Shown in pieces: positions 49,593 through 62,083 of a stretch of DNA of 64,000 nt. The stretch covers positions 3,474,001 to 3,538,000 of the forward strand of contig CM075992.1 in assembly GCA_038087875.1 (NCBI GenBank), given 5' to 3'. Under the pieces are notes generated by a model. It was not told where the DNA came from. It ran no database searches and saw only the letters and a program-made list of their open reading frames with translations. How positions within the stretch are numbered: position 1 is the stretch's first letter; every line of letters begins with the position of its first letter. This DNA comes from Malacoraja senta. Lineage: Eukaryota. A program made the position numbers and the translations under genes.

Positions 49593-49987
49593 CTCTTCTT
49601 CTTGGGTATGGCGTGCACAGCCTAAAGTTACAGGACAAATTGTTCTGTTTGATAGTGCCCACCGGCTTGATTGCATTCGTCGAAACAGGGTGAGGTGAGA
49701 AAAAACGACTGAGATGAGAAAAAACGTTTTCACTCAGAGTTGTGAATTTGTGGAATTCCCTGCCACAGAGGGCAGTGGAGGCCAAGTCACTGGATGGATT
49801 TAAGAGAGAGTTAGATAGAGCTCTAGGGGCTAGTGGAGTCAAGGGATTATGGGGAGTAGGCAGGCACAGGTTATTGATTGGGAACGATCAGCCATGATCA
49901 CAATGAATGGCGGTGCTGGCTCAAAGGGCCAAATGGCCTCCTCCTGCACCTATTTTCTATGTTTCTGAGATTGCAATCTCCCACCCC
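49593..49987 (-). mobile_element. Family A retroposon split by a CR1 insertion (about 49697-49967)
   Basis: 10-bp TSD ctggagtaac (49583-49592 / 49988-49997); 5' end GGGGTGG at 49987. Confidence 0.8.
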
Positions 49988-51145
49988 CTGGAGTAACTCG
50001 GACAGCATCTCTGGAGAAAAGGACTAGGTGATATCTGAAGAAGGATTTCAAACCGAAATGTCGCCCATTCCTTTCAGAGATGCTGCCTGCCCCGCTGAGT
50101 TACTCCTGCGTTTTGGGTCTATCTTTGGTATCGTCCGGTACTTTCTGTCACATGTACTGAGGTAACAGTGACATTCATTTATGAATAGGTGATGAATAGG
50201 TGAGGTTTTGGGTCGAGGCCCTTCTTCAGACTGAGAGTCGGGGAGAGGGAAACCAGAGGTATGTAAAGGTACAGAACTGACCAGAGCTGGCACGGATGTC
50301 CCAGGAAAAGTGGAGCCCACAATGATCCATTGTTGGCTGTGGAAGAGTTGATAACAAAGGGATGCGAACAGTGAAACTAGCAGATGACTAGGGTGGGGGA
50401 GGGTGGGAGAGGGAATGCAAGGGTTACTTGAAAGTTGGAGAAATCAATGTTCATTCTGCTGGGTTGTAAAGCTGCCCAAGTGAAATATGAGGTCCAATTT
50501 ATGGAGGAACACCGCGTCTCATCATGGAGGAGGCCCAGGACAGAAAGGTCGGTATAGGAAGATAGGACACAAAAAGCTGGAGTAACTCAGCGGGACAGGC
50601 AGCATCTTTGGAGAGAAGGAATGGGGTGACGTTTGGGGTTGAGACCCTTCCTTCAGAATGGGAGTTGGGGGGAGGGGGGGGGGAGTGAGTCTAGAGGTAT
50701 GGAAGGGTAATGTGTGAAAACTCCAGATCAAATCGGATAATGAGATGTAAAGTTTCATTGTTAGCTGAGGAGAGGGTGACAAGGAGTGTGTGTGGGGGGG
50801 GGGGGGGGGGGGTGAAATATTTGCAGCCATGAGATTGGGGAGGTGGGGTTTTGGGAGTAGAGATGAAAAACACTTGAGTGAGATGGAAATCTATTTGTTT
50901 GCAATCTTCCACAAGCGAATGATTTGGTAAAGGTGATGCTCTGAGCAGCATCTCTGGAAAAGAAACGAACGTCAAATTGAAGGCAGACAAAAATGCTGGA
51001 GAAACTCAGCGGGTGAGGCAACATCTATGGAGCGAAGGGAATAGGTGACCGTTCGGGTCGAGACCATTTTCAGGCGTGAAGGCTGACAGTTGGGAAGTCT
51101 GTAATGCAAGGGTTAAAACAGACCTCTGCTGCCTAAAATGGAGTT

Positions 51146-51510
51146 GTTATTATTATAATTAAACTTTCATTTCAGACTCGAGGTCCAGGTAAAAGGCGAC
51201 ATTACATAGAATACATTGCATAAAAACACCATAAAATACATATTTAAAAAAAAAAAGCTTAGTAAATGACTTATGAGCATCATAACATATATACAAAAAC
51301 ACTATACATGGTTTAAAATCCAGAATAACAGGAAAGTTCTGTGTCCTACAACAAGGCAACTTTACCAATGTCTCCACAGTGGGGATTGGTAGCGTGTAGC
51401 ACTAAACCTTACGTTTGATTAGGACCAAGATAATTTCATTTTCAGAGTCATTAGTCCGGCAAATAAATGTATACATAAGATTTGTTCGGATGGCTTGTAA
51501 AGTTGCCGGC
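51146..51510 (-). mobile_element. RTE-X-like LINE 3' fragment
   Basis: TLQAIRTNLMYTFICRTNDSENEIILVLI..(frameshift)FSATRYQSPLWRHW; 3' end ggacctcgagtctgaaatgaaagttt. Confidence 0.6.
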
Positions 51511-54211
51511 TATATCAGCAGCTCCACACCACAAACCCTGTTTGAGACAACAGATGTTTGGAAACAAATGCTCGGGCTGATTTGAAGGGACCAGTAAATC
51601 ACGAGGCCACCTGTGCAGTCACGAGATAAAACGTTTCCCTTCCTAGAAACATCAGAGGCTATAGCCTGGCGCCCGATGCAGAACACAACTGGTGCATTCG
51701 ACACCTGGTAGGTTAGCGAGCTTTGAGAACCTTGGTTACCCACTCTTCTTGCATCAGGGTGAAAACGGGCAATTTTTTTTCTGCAGCCCACTGCTGAGGG
51801 AGGCAGGGAGAGTGCTGGAATCGTGCGTTCGGGTAACGGCTTGAGATGGAGGACCACGCCTCAAAGGGGGGGGGGGTGCAGGCGGGGAACTGGTACATTG
51901 GGGGGTCTGCACTTGGTCTAGATTTAGTATAAAAGTGCGTGCTTCAACTGAACTGTTGGAACTTCATCTTTGGAAGAAGAGAGATATAGACCTTGTCTTT
52001 TGGGGTGAGGGGGGAGAGAAGATCTTGACTTTTGAGAGGGGAGGGCGAGGAGAGGATGATCTTGCTCTTTGAGGAGGGAGAGAAAGACCCCTCCTATGGG
52101 GGGGGGGGGGGTGGTGTAGGGGAGGAGACAGAGCTCACTCATTCTGTTCTATTCTGTTCTGTAGTTTTTTGTACAATCCGCAGGCATTGCCACTTTCATT
52201 TCACTGCACATCTTGTATGTGTATGTGACAAATAAAGTTGACTTGAGAGTACTTGTATTGTGGTGAGATGCGGCCAGCAGACTCTGATGTACAGAGGGGC
52301 GTGTGGCTTGTTATTTGGTTAATGCTCTACTGTATTTTGCTTTAATATTTAGTTGTTTCTGCACTGAAAAAAGATTCTTTCTCCCGTCATCGATGTGAAA
52401 TGTGCTTGCATTTCGTTGCAGGGTCTCCAACCAAAGCCGATTGTTTCCCCAGATCCTCCCTCGCACGAGTATCCCCAGCTTGAAGGCCGAAGGGCCAACT
52501 CCGGCACCTGTCGTCCATTGTCATTCTCTCATTCTCCGATTTCTTGGTCTAATTGCGGTTAGAGCTGTGAAGGTTGTTTCAAGAACCCGCTGGTTGTAAA
52601 TTCTTTTGGTTTCTACGCAAGCTCTTGTTCGGTGGAAGTTGCTGTCACGCTCGCGAATACAGTCGGGTGCAGATGCGATGTAAATTCTTGCTTTCAGTGA
52701 CAACACCTTAAATGTGGAATTTCTAACGGGAATAGAGTGAGTGGTAGAGGGGCAGGCAACCAGGAGATCCAGTTTCAGTGGATACAACCCTGGTGCTTGG
52801 CAGAGCAGTCACCTAGGGTGGCACAGCGGTAGAGTTGCTGCCTTCCAGCGCCACAGACCCAGGCTTCATCCTGACTACGGGTGCTGTCTGTACGGAGTTT
52901 GTACGCTCTCCCGTGGGTTTTCTCTGGGTGCTCAGGTTTCCTCCCACACTCCAAGGACACACAGGTTCGCAGATTCATTAGACATGGGTAGCAATAACTG
53001 GTGGGTGGTTTCTTTGTGTTTTTCTCTCTCTATCTTGGCACTTCATATGCATATTTGAGTGCAAGCTGCTTCTTATAGTGCAGTCATGAACATTTCAGCA
53101 GCTTTGAAATGTCATTCGTTTGTAGGATTTGTTGAATTTTACTCTGCTAGATTTTCCTTGGGAATAAATTATCGACTGGGGAAAAAAAAAATCCTTCTTG
53201 ATAAATACTGCTGGAGGAACTTGGCAGATGGGCAGCATCTGGGGGGGGGGGGGATGGGCAGAGAATAAGGTGCACGGATGCTGCCTTACAGCGTCCGAGA
53301 TCTAGGTTCGATCCTGACCTCTGGTGCTGTCTGTGTGGAGTTTGCTTGCACCTTCTCTCCGCGTGGATTTCCTCTCGCATCCAAAAGACGTGCGGGACTT
53401 TAGGTTAATTGTCCTTTGTCAATTGCCCGTAATGTGTAGGGGAGTGGATGAAAAGTATAAAGGGGAGGCCATTTAAGGCTGAGGTGAGAAGAAAAAAATT
53501 TCGCCCAGAGAGTTGTGAATTTGCGGAATTCCCTGCCACAGAGGGCAGTGGAGGCCAAGTCACTGGATGGATTTAAGAGAGAGTTAGATAGAGCTCTAGG
53601 GGCTAGTGGAGTCAAGGGATATGGGGAGAAGGCAGGCACGGGTTATTGATTGGGGACGATCAGCCATGATCACAATGAATGGTGGTGCTGGCTCGAAGGG
53701 CCGAATGGCCTCCTCCTGCACCTGTTTTCTATGTTTCTATAAAAGGTGAGATAACATTGACAGGTGATCATTGGATCTGGTGGGCTGAAGGGCCAGTTTC
53801 TTGCAGTATGTGTTGGGGGGGAAGCGGGGGGAGACTGTTTTGAACCTTTCACACTGAGTTCCTCCTGCAATTCTTGCTCGTCTACTTTGGTTGTTTAATT
53901 CTAGTTGTAACCCACGCCATTACTCAAGTCATGGGGTATTTAAAAAAAAAAAATTTGACATTGATAGTAAGAGCATCAACGGTTGTGTGGTGCAGGCTGG
54001 AGAATGGGGTTGGGGGGGGAAATTAATGTTCCAATGGCAGAACAGACATGATGGGCTGAATGGCCTAATTCCACACTTATGTCTTGTGGTCTCCAGCCAG
54101 CAATAAATCTCTTTAGAGGAGTTTTTAGTGATGGATTTTGGTTTGTGCAACTTGGTATTTTGCTCTGGAATTAATGTTTTTTTTCTTTTTCTTTTTGTCT
54201 TTGAATCTCAG

Positions 54212-54731
54212 CCCCTCTCTGCTCCCAAGACCCCCTGGGCCATGAAGTCTGAAGGGTCGGACGAATCCCCTCCAGCAGATGCCAACGCCTCTAACGTCAG
54301 AGGTGCATCGGCAATGCTGGGCAAGCAGAAGAACGATGGTGCCACCAAGGAGAAGCAGAGTACCAATCCCACCGCTGGTTCTCAGGTCAAGGCCAAAGTG
54401 GGCACCTCGAGCGGCAGACTACCCATCTCCAGCCGGACAAACCCCTCCCAGGCCAGCAAACTGGTCAAGAAGGACCAATGAGCAGGACCCAAGAGCCGCC
54501 CCGCCGCGGCCAAAACTGCGCCGAGGTCGGGCATGTCGGCCCACGACAAAATAATGGAGAAGAAAATGATGGCCAGGAGCAAGGTCGCTGTGGAGAGTGT
54601 GGCTGTGCCCGGCAGTGCCGGCGGCAATGGTAGCCTGTCCACCCAAGTGGCCAGAGGTGGAGCAGCCAAGGCATTGCCCCCCACCAAAGCTGTTGCTAAA
54701 GTCAAAACCCCAGCGCAGCACACCCCTGCAG
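54212..54731 (+). CDS. Coding exon of a basic Ala/Lys/Ser/Pro-rich protein (MKSEGSDESPPADA...KVKTPAQHTPA), tentatively PRR36/BTBD8(KIAA1107)-like; in-frame TGA at 54479-54481
   Basis: Strong polypyrimidine acceptor (..tctttgaatctcag), gccATG at 54242, donor CAG|gtatgt (phase 1), one frame open across the exon apart from one TGA. The family guess rests only on the recalled MKS(D/E)G start and the composition. Confidence 0.72.
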
Positions 54732-54825
54732 GTATGTCTATTCCTTGCCCACTTTGGTTGGGGTGGGACACAGGGAGCTCTCCAGCATTGCGGAATGGAG
54801 TAACTCAGCAGGTCGGGCTGCTTTA

Positions 54826-55379
54826 AGGGCCTGTCCCACTTTCACAACCTAATTCACGACCTCTGCCGAGTTTGCCCTTGACTCGTACTCGTACTCGCAG
54901 CATGGTCGTCACGAGGTCGTAGGTAGGTCGTAGCAGGCCGTGATTTACAGTACAGGTCACAGTTTAAGGATAAAGGGGACATCTTTTAGGACTGAGATGA
55001 GAAAAATATTTTTTACACAGAGAGTGGTGAATCTGTGGAACTCTCTGCCACAGAAGGTAGTTGAGGCCAGTTCATTGACTATATTTAAGAGGGAGTTAGA
55101 TGTGGCCCTTGTGGCTAAAGGGGATCAGGGGGTATGGAGAGAAGGCAGGTACAGGATACTGAGTTGGATGATCAGCCATGATCATATTGAATGGCGGTGC
55201 AGGCTCGAAGGGCCGAATGGCCTACTCCTGCACCTATTTTCTAGGTTTCTATGTTTCTATGTGATGCTAGTCGTAGGTACTCGTGGCATCAAGTAGGTCG
55301 GGGCGTTATTCTAGCATGATGAAAAATGTCCACGAGTAAAAAAGGTGGTGAATTAGGTCGTGATAGTGGGACAGGCCCT
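54826..55379. mobile_element. PIF/Harbinger-like MITE with a nested CR1 fragment
   Basis: TIRs present, TSD tta/tta; body matches 45482-45707. Confidence 0.82.
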
Positions 55380-56703
55380 TTAGTTGTTTAGTTTCAAGAT
55401 AGTGTGGAAACAGGCCCTTCGGCCCACCGAGTCCGTTCCGACCAGCAATCCCCGCACACTAGCACTATCCTACACACACACTAGGGACAATTTACAATGA
55501 TACCAAGCCAATTAACCTACAAAACCTGCTCGTCTTTGGAGTGTCGGATAAAACCCACACAGATCACGGGGAGAACGTACAAACTCTGTACAGACAGCAC
55601 CCGTAGTCGGGATCGAACCCAGATCTCTAGCGCTGTAAGGTGGCAACTCTACTGCTGCGCTGCCCATGGAGAACATGGACAGGTGGATGTTTTGGATCAT
55701 AATCCCCACCCCCCCCCCCACTTAAGTTCAAGTAATTTAACTAAATAAATTCCTTGCAGTCTAGGAAAACCACTACACCACATGGTACTAGTTCTTGAAG
55801 GGACATCTAACCTGGAGTGAGTGTCTGCGGTAGAAATAGAATCTAGCGTAGTCTGTTTCTGAGGCAGTGTTAAATTTCAGGGCAAAGCGCTCTGTCTGTG
55901 CATACCTAGTCTATTATTCAAGAAGTCGACCTGGAAATGCTAACTCTCTCTCCGAAACCTACCTGATCCAAGAGTCTCTTCCAGCAATGGGTTTTGGCCC
56001 TTCTGCGTATATGGCACGGGAAATATTCTTAACATTCTGTGTCATTCGCCTTCAGTGTGGCTCGACTGGGGTAGCAGCAATGTGGAGGCTAAAATGTCTC
56101 TTCCATATGTTTTAGCAGCTGAATCTCCCTTCTCTGTATGTAGCTGGGTTTTGTCCCCCCCCCCCCTCCCCTCTCTCCCTTCTGGCTAACTTCTCCACAA
56201 GACTACGCCACATCATTTAAAAAAAAATCTTTAAAAGTGGCTTAATTTAGACCAGTTATTTACCAAAGCCCGTTTACCAAAATGGTTTAAAATGAAATTA
56301 TTTTTTTAATATAACTGTCCTCTGACTAGCTTTGCAGAAGGTTAAATCGGTCTCATTATTTTGAGCTATTCTGGGCAGAATTAAAGATAGACACAAAGTG
56401 CTGGAGTAACACAGCGGGACAGGCAGCATCTCTGGAGAGAAGGTTTGGATGATGTTTTCTGGGTCGAGGCCCTTCTTCAGACTGGGCAGAATGAATGTGC
56501 AGCTGAACCGCCATGTTGCAAGCTACCACCATCTGTCTTGCTGGTGAGCAGAATGGGTGTGGTGAGGGGGCTGTCACAGCAGTGGGTGGGGGTTTGGTTG
56601 AGAGATACTGCGTGGAAACAGGCCCATCGGACCACCAAGTCCACGCCGACCAGCGATCCCCGTACACATGTTGGGGACACTTTGCAATTGTATTGAGCCA
56701 ATT

Positions 56704-56832
56704 CTTCTTCTTGCGTATGGCGTGCACAGCCTAAAGTTGTAGGGCAACTTGGTCTTATTTGTTTGTGCACGCCGGGTTGATTGCATTCGTCGAAACAGGG
56801 CAGACCACGTGAAGGTTGCAATCCCCCATCCC
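56704..56832 (-). mobile_element. Family A retroposon inserted in an HE1 SINE
   Basis: TSD gccaa(t/c)t; 5' end GGGATGG at 56832; (aag)n tail. Confidence 0.85.
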
Positions 56833-57252
56833 GCCAACTGACCTACAAACCTGTACGTCTTTGGAGTGTGGGAGGAAGCTGGAGATCCCGGAGAAAACCC
56901 ACGCGGGTCACGGGGAGAACCTACAGACAGAACCCGTAGTAAGGATCGAACCCGGGTCTCTGGCGCTGTGAGGCAGCAACTCTACCGCTGCGCCACCCAC
57001 CAGGTGGTGACCTTTCACTTAACGCGGGGGAGGTGGTTGGTATCACACCCAGGGATAACTTTGCTAATAGAGGTACATAAAAGAGATGCATGCCGAGAAT
57101 TGTGGACGCAGCCCAGACCATCGCGCAAACCAAATCCCCCAAATCCAGGGGTTAATTTTAACACTGTACCCCCATCAATGGAGGCATGGGGGAGAGGCGG
57201 GTGTGTTTGTGTGTCTAGTGCAGGTGGCATCATTCCTGCTTGCAGTATCTCC

Positions 57253-57319
57253 GGCCCCATAGCAGAAGCGTCCACGTGGCGGGGCTGGAAACTGGACGTA
57301 TCCTGAGCTAATTCTGCTA
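57253..57319 (+). ncRNA. HDV-like ribozyme (family E)
   Basis: P1 GGCCCC/GGGGCU (G1-U), P2 UAGCAGAA/UUCUGCUA, P3 GCG/GGC (one mismatch), L3 UCCACGU, P1.1 GG, P4 GGA-CGUA-UCC, J4/2 GCUAA. Confidence 0.8.
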
Positions 57320-57441
57320 CCACCATCATCTATTGCGACAAGTGATGGCTTCCACTGATTGTCGCCGGAAGCTTGCGTCCTTTTCAGGACGGACGATGAC
57401 GGCGAGGCCAACATTTGTAACAAGATGGACACAAAATGGAA
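57253..57441 (+). mobile_element. Ribozyme-headed short retroposon, family E (189 nt)
   Basis: Perfect 12-bp TSD tgcagtatctcc (57241-57252 / 57442-57453); tail ggacacaaaatggaa. Confidence 0.85.
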
Positions 57442-58330
57442 TGCAGTATCTCCACACATGGTGACCCCCACCCACCCACCAACACTCATTGTATTCTTTA
57501 GGCTTTAGAGAGACAGCGCAGAAACGGGCACTTCGACTGCCAAGCCACATGTCTTTGGGATGTGGAAGTGAAACTGGAGAACCCTGAGGGAACCTGTTGT
57601 GGTCATGGGAGGATGTCAAACTTCCCATCAGTGCACAATGTTCAGTTTAGTTTAACATGATATGCTGGAGTTACTCCAGTAAGTGTAGGGTGTGGCAGGC
57701 AGGCAGGCAATTCAGAACAGCTACAACCTTGATTAAGAAACAACCAAAGTACTAATTAGACTTCAGAGGCAGATAAGGACAGGCCCAGCCAATAATAATC
57801 TCAAAAACTTAGGCATGATAAAGATACTCCATGACAACAAAATTCCTTCAGGACAAAATAAATTCCTTGAAGAAACATCACCCATTCCTTCTCTCCAGGG
57901 ATGCTGCCTGTCCTGCTGAGTTACTCCAGTATTATGTGTCTACCTTGGGTTTAAACCAGCATCTGCAGTTCCTTCCTACACATTGAGTCGTGTTCAGGCA
58001 GAGGAGATTAGTGTAGCTCGGCACGGACATTGTGGGCCGAAGGGCCTGTTCCCGTGCTGTGCTTTTCCACGTTCGATGTATTTAATTGCAGAAGCTCAGG
58101 GGTCATTCGAACATTATTTTCTTGTGAGACCGTGTTGTTCACAAATAGACCACGATGTTCCCCACATCACATCTGTGACCACAAAGGTGTTTCATTGGTT
58201 GTTTGGAAGGTCCGGGATAGTGAAAAACACCACAAAAAGGCCTCAAACCCCTTTGTATGAATATTGATTTCTTTAACTTCAAGTAACCTTTACATTCCCT
58301 CTCTCTCTCTGTCCCGCCCCCCCACCGTGT

Positions 58331-58720
58331 TACCCCTGTCCCACTTAGGAGACCTAAGCAGCAACCTCTGGTGACCTTGCCCGCCACCCAAGGTTTTCAC
58401 GAGGTCAACGGAGGTTTTGGTCACTCTCCCTAATGGTCGAAAGTGGTTTCCGAGTGGTCGAGGCTTCATCTAGGTTGCTGCTATTTTTCATCATGTTTAA
58501 AACCGGCCTCGACTAAAAATAGGTTGCCGTTTTAAAAATCGATCTTTTTTTTTAGTCACAGGTCTAGTCGAAGCCGGTTTTCTTCATAGTCGAGGAAGGT
58601 TTTCAACATATGCCTGGGAGGTGGTAGGAGGTTGCAGGTCACCTCGAACTTGATTTTTTTTGGGTGGCGGGCAAGGTCACCAGAGGTTGCTGTTTAGGTC
58701 TCCTAAGTGGGACAGGGGCT
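58331..58720. mobile_element. PIF/Harbinger-like MITE (related to 62774-63365)
   Basis: TIR cccctgtcccacttaggagacc / ggtctcctaagtgggacagggg; left TSD not preserved. Confidence 0.78.
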
Positions 58721-59772
58721 TTACTGTGCTGTAGGACCTTCTGGTTAATGGCCACGTGATCTGTGCAACCTTGGTGTGAGAGCAGCAAGTTGTATCCATC
58801 TATAGTTAATCTAAAGGCAAATAGCATAACCCTGAATAGCACCAGTGTGAAGAAGGGTATCGACCCAATGCGTCACCCATTCCTTCTCTGCAGAAATGCT
58901 GCCTGTCCCACTGAGTTACTCCAGCAGTAATTGTCCATCTTCAGTTTAAACCAGCATCTGCAGTTCCTCCCTCCACAGTATAAGCAGGTGTTGCTATATT
59001 TCTTGCCATCCCTGTGAAAACGTTTGCACGCTTCAGCCTTAATCAGTTTTGGCCACCATCTCCTCACTTTGAAATGAAGGCATCGGAAACAATTGCATCT
59101 TGCAAAGGAAAGAATTTTTGTATTTTGGTTACTAAGGCCAACTTTTTCCTCTTACTGCAAATAAATGTTTAACCTCTTTTGGGTTTATGTTTTATTTTGC
59201 CTTGAAGGAATTTTTTTTATCATGAAGTATTTTTATCATGCCTAATTTTTTGAGATTAATATTGGCTTGACATGTCTTTATCTGCCTCGAGTCCCAATTA
59301 GTAACAGGTTTTGTTCCTTAATCAAGATTGTAGCTGTTCTGAATTGGTGTGGATATTTCTTCCTTGTTGCAACGTAGGGTGTGTCGAGAATGTGACACAC
59401 ATATTCACTCTGTGTCTCAACCCAAAACATCACCCATTCCATCTCTCTAGAGATGCTGCCTGTTCTGCTGAGTTACTCCAGCATATCTTTTGTCTATTTT
59501 TGGTGCGAACCAGCATCTGCGGTTCCTTCCTACACATTCACTCTAACTAAACTGACTGTAATTTGTTCTAATGGCGCAGATTTTAAGACCATGTGGGTCA
59601 TGGTTCTTGTCCCAAGTGATTTCTTTAAATAATTTGAATTTAAATCATTCTATATTTTTGAGAATCCATGCTAGCTATCAAAATGCAACATCTGATGTGA
59701 GGAATGGGCTGTGGTCAAGGAAGGTTGTTTCAAAATGGTGCCTTCCCTGATTCATTGTAGTTGTCTCCACAG

Positions 59773-59860
59773 CTTCAAAGAAACCACCACCACCACCAGC
59801 TGCTGCTGCAGTGCAGCCGGCAGGAAGACCAGTCAAGCCTGGTTACAGCACAGTGAGCAG
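59773..59860 (+). CDS. Next coding exon of the same gene (ASKKPPPPPAAAAVQPAGRPVKPGYSTVS)
   Basis: Acceptor ttgtctccacag, donor CAG|gtaaag. The phase 1 start matches the 54731 donor and the frame is open. Confidence 0.7.
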
Positions 59861-61380
59861 GTAAAGGGTTAATTTAGCTTGGAGATGCAGCGTGGAAACA
59901 GGCCCTTTGGCCCACCGGGACGGCACCGACAAGCAATCCCCGCACACTAACACAATCCGACACACACACACACACTAGGGCCAATCAACCTACAAACCTG
60001 CACGTCTTTGGAATGTGGGAGGAAACCGGAGCTTCCGTGGAAAACCCACGGGGTGAACGTGCGAACTCCGTACAGACAGCATCCGTAGTCGGGATGGAAC
60101 TTGTATATTTATTTATTTTTTTGAATAAAACTATTTGTATAATTGACAAAATATATGGTCAGGATGGAACCCGGGTCTCTGGTGCTGTAAGGCAGCAACT
60201 CTACCGCTGCACCAGCATGCTAATCCACGTCAATCAGTATTTACTGCTGGATTTTAATAGCTGCCATTATTTAGTTAGGGCCAAAATTCTTGTTTCCATT
60301 CTGGTCTTCTGGTTTTTTTCATCCCCTACATAGGGTAAACACAGTCTTTTACCCTATCTATTCCTGTCATGATCCTGTACACCTCTAAGATCACCACTCA
60401 TCCTCCTGCGCTCCAAAGAATAAAGTCCCATCTTGCCCAATCTCTCCCGACAGCTCTGGCCCTCGAGTCCTTCCGACATTGTTGAATCTTCTTTGCGCTT
60501 GTTCCAGCTTAATATCTCTCCTCTAAGCAGGGTGACCAAAACTGAACACCATACTCCAAATGTAGCCCCACAATGTCACAACATACTGTCCCCACTTCTA
60601 CACAAAATACGTTGACTTACGATGGACAATGTGTTGAAAACCACCATCACCACCCTATCTACCTGTGATGTCACTTTGCAGGAACTGTGTACCTGGATCG
60701 AGTGGATGTTTCCACTAGTGGGAGAGTCTGGGACCAGAGGTCATCGTCTCAGAATTAAAGGTCGTGCCTTTAGGAAGGAAATAAGGAGGAATTTCTTTCA
60801 TCAGAGGGTGGTGAATCTGTGGAATTCATTGCTACAAAGGCTGTGAAGGCCAAGTCAGTGGATATTTTCAATGAACAGATAGATAGATTCTTGATTAGTA
60901 CAGGGGTTATGGGGAGAAGGCAGGAGAGTGGGGTTCGGAGGGGGAGATCGATCAGCCATGATTGAATGGCAGAGTAGACTGGATGGGCTGAATGGTCTAA
61001 TTCTGCTCCTAGCATTTATGACCTTCTGAACCTACAACCATAGATCCCTCTGCCCCTACAATGTGCCCAAGAGCCCTGCTATTCACACTTTTTGATTAGC
61101 CAGAGTCATTCAAGCACAGATTAGGTCAATATAGTCTTTTACCCAGAGCAGGGGAATCGCGAGCCAAAGGATATGGGTTTAAGGTGATGGGGAAAGATTA
61201 AATAGGAACCTGAGGGGAAACCTTTTTTACACAAAGGGTGGTGGGTATACGGAACAAGCTGCCACAGGAGGTAGTTGAGATAAGTATCGCATTGTTTTAA
61301 AAACATTTGTACAGGTACATGGATAGGACAGGTTAGAATGATGTAGGTGAAAGCCAAGCAGGTGGGACTAGTGTAGATGG

Positions 61381-62083
61381 GGCATGTTGGTCGGTGTGGG
61401 CAAGTTGGGCCATGTTGGTCGGTGTGGGCAGGTTGGGCCATGTTGGTCGGTGTGGGCAAGTTGGGCCATGTTGGTTGGTGAGGGCAAGTTGGGCCATGTT
61501 GGTCAGTGTGGGCAAGTTGGGCCATGTTGGTCAGTGTGGGCAAGTTGGGCAATGTTGGTCGGTGTGGGCAAGTTGTGCCATGTTGGTTGGTGAGGGCAAG
61601 TTGGGCCATGTTGGTCAGTGTGGGCAAGTTGGGCAATGTTGGTCAGTGTGGGCAAGTTGGGCAATGTTGGTCGGTGAGGGCAAGTTGGGCCATGTTGGTT
61701 GGTGAGGGCAAGTTGGGCCATGTTGGTCAGTGTGGGCAAGTTGGGCCATGTTGGTCAGTGTGGGCAAGTTGGGCAATGTTGGTCGGTGTGGACAAGTTGT
61801 GCCATGTTGGTTGGTGAGGGTAAGTTGGGCCATGTTGGTCAGTGTGGGCAAGTTGGGCCATGTTGGTCAGTGTGGGCAAGTTGGGCAATGTTGGTCGGTG
61901 TGGGCAAGTTGGGCCATGTTGGTCGGTGTGGGCAAGTTGGGCAATGTTGGTCGGTGTGGGCAAGTTGGGCCATGTTGGTTGGTGTGGGCAAGTTGGGCCA
62001 TGTTGGTCGGTGTGGGCAAGTTGGGCCATGTTGGTCGGTGTGGGCAAGTTGGCCCATGTTGGTCGGTGTGGGCAAGTTGGGCC
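61381..62083 (+). repeat. 28-bp minisatellite (catgttggtcggtgtgggcaagttgggc, about 25 copies) expanded inside a CR1 3' UTR
   Basis: The unit is present once in other CR1 tails (13141-13168); CR1 sequence continues on both sides. Confidence 0.95.

Noticed and set aside
52422..52530. Possible upstream exon after the acceptor gcatttcgttgcag
   Set aside because: No clear donor, and the 3' part resembles a decayed CR1 tail.
54479..54481. Selenocysteine codon
   Set aside because: Low-complexity, non-redox context and no SECIS can be shown in this window.
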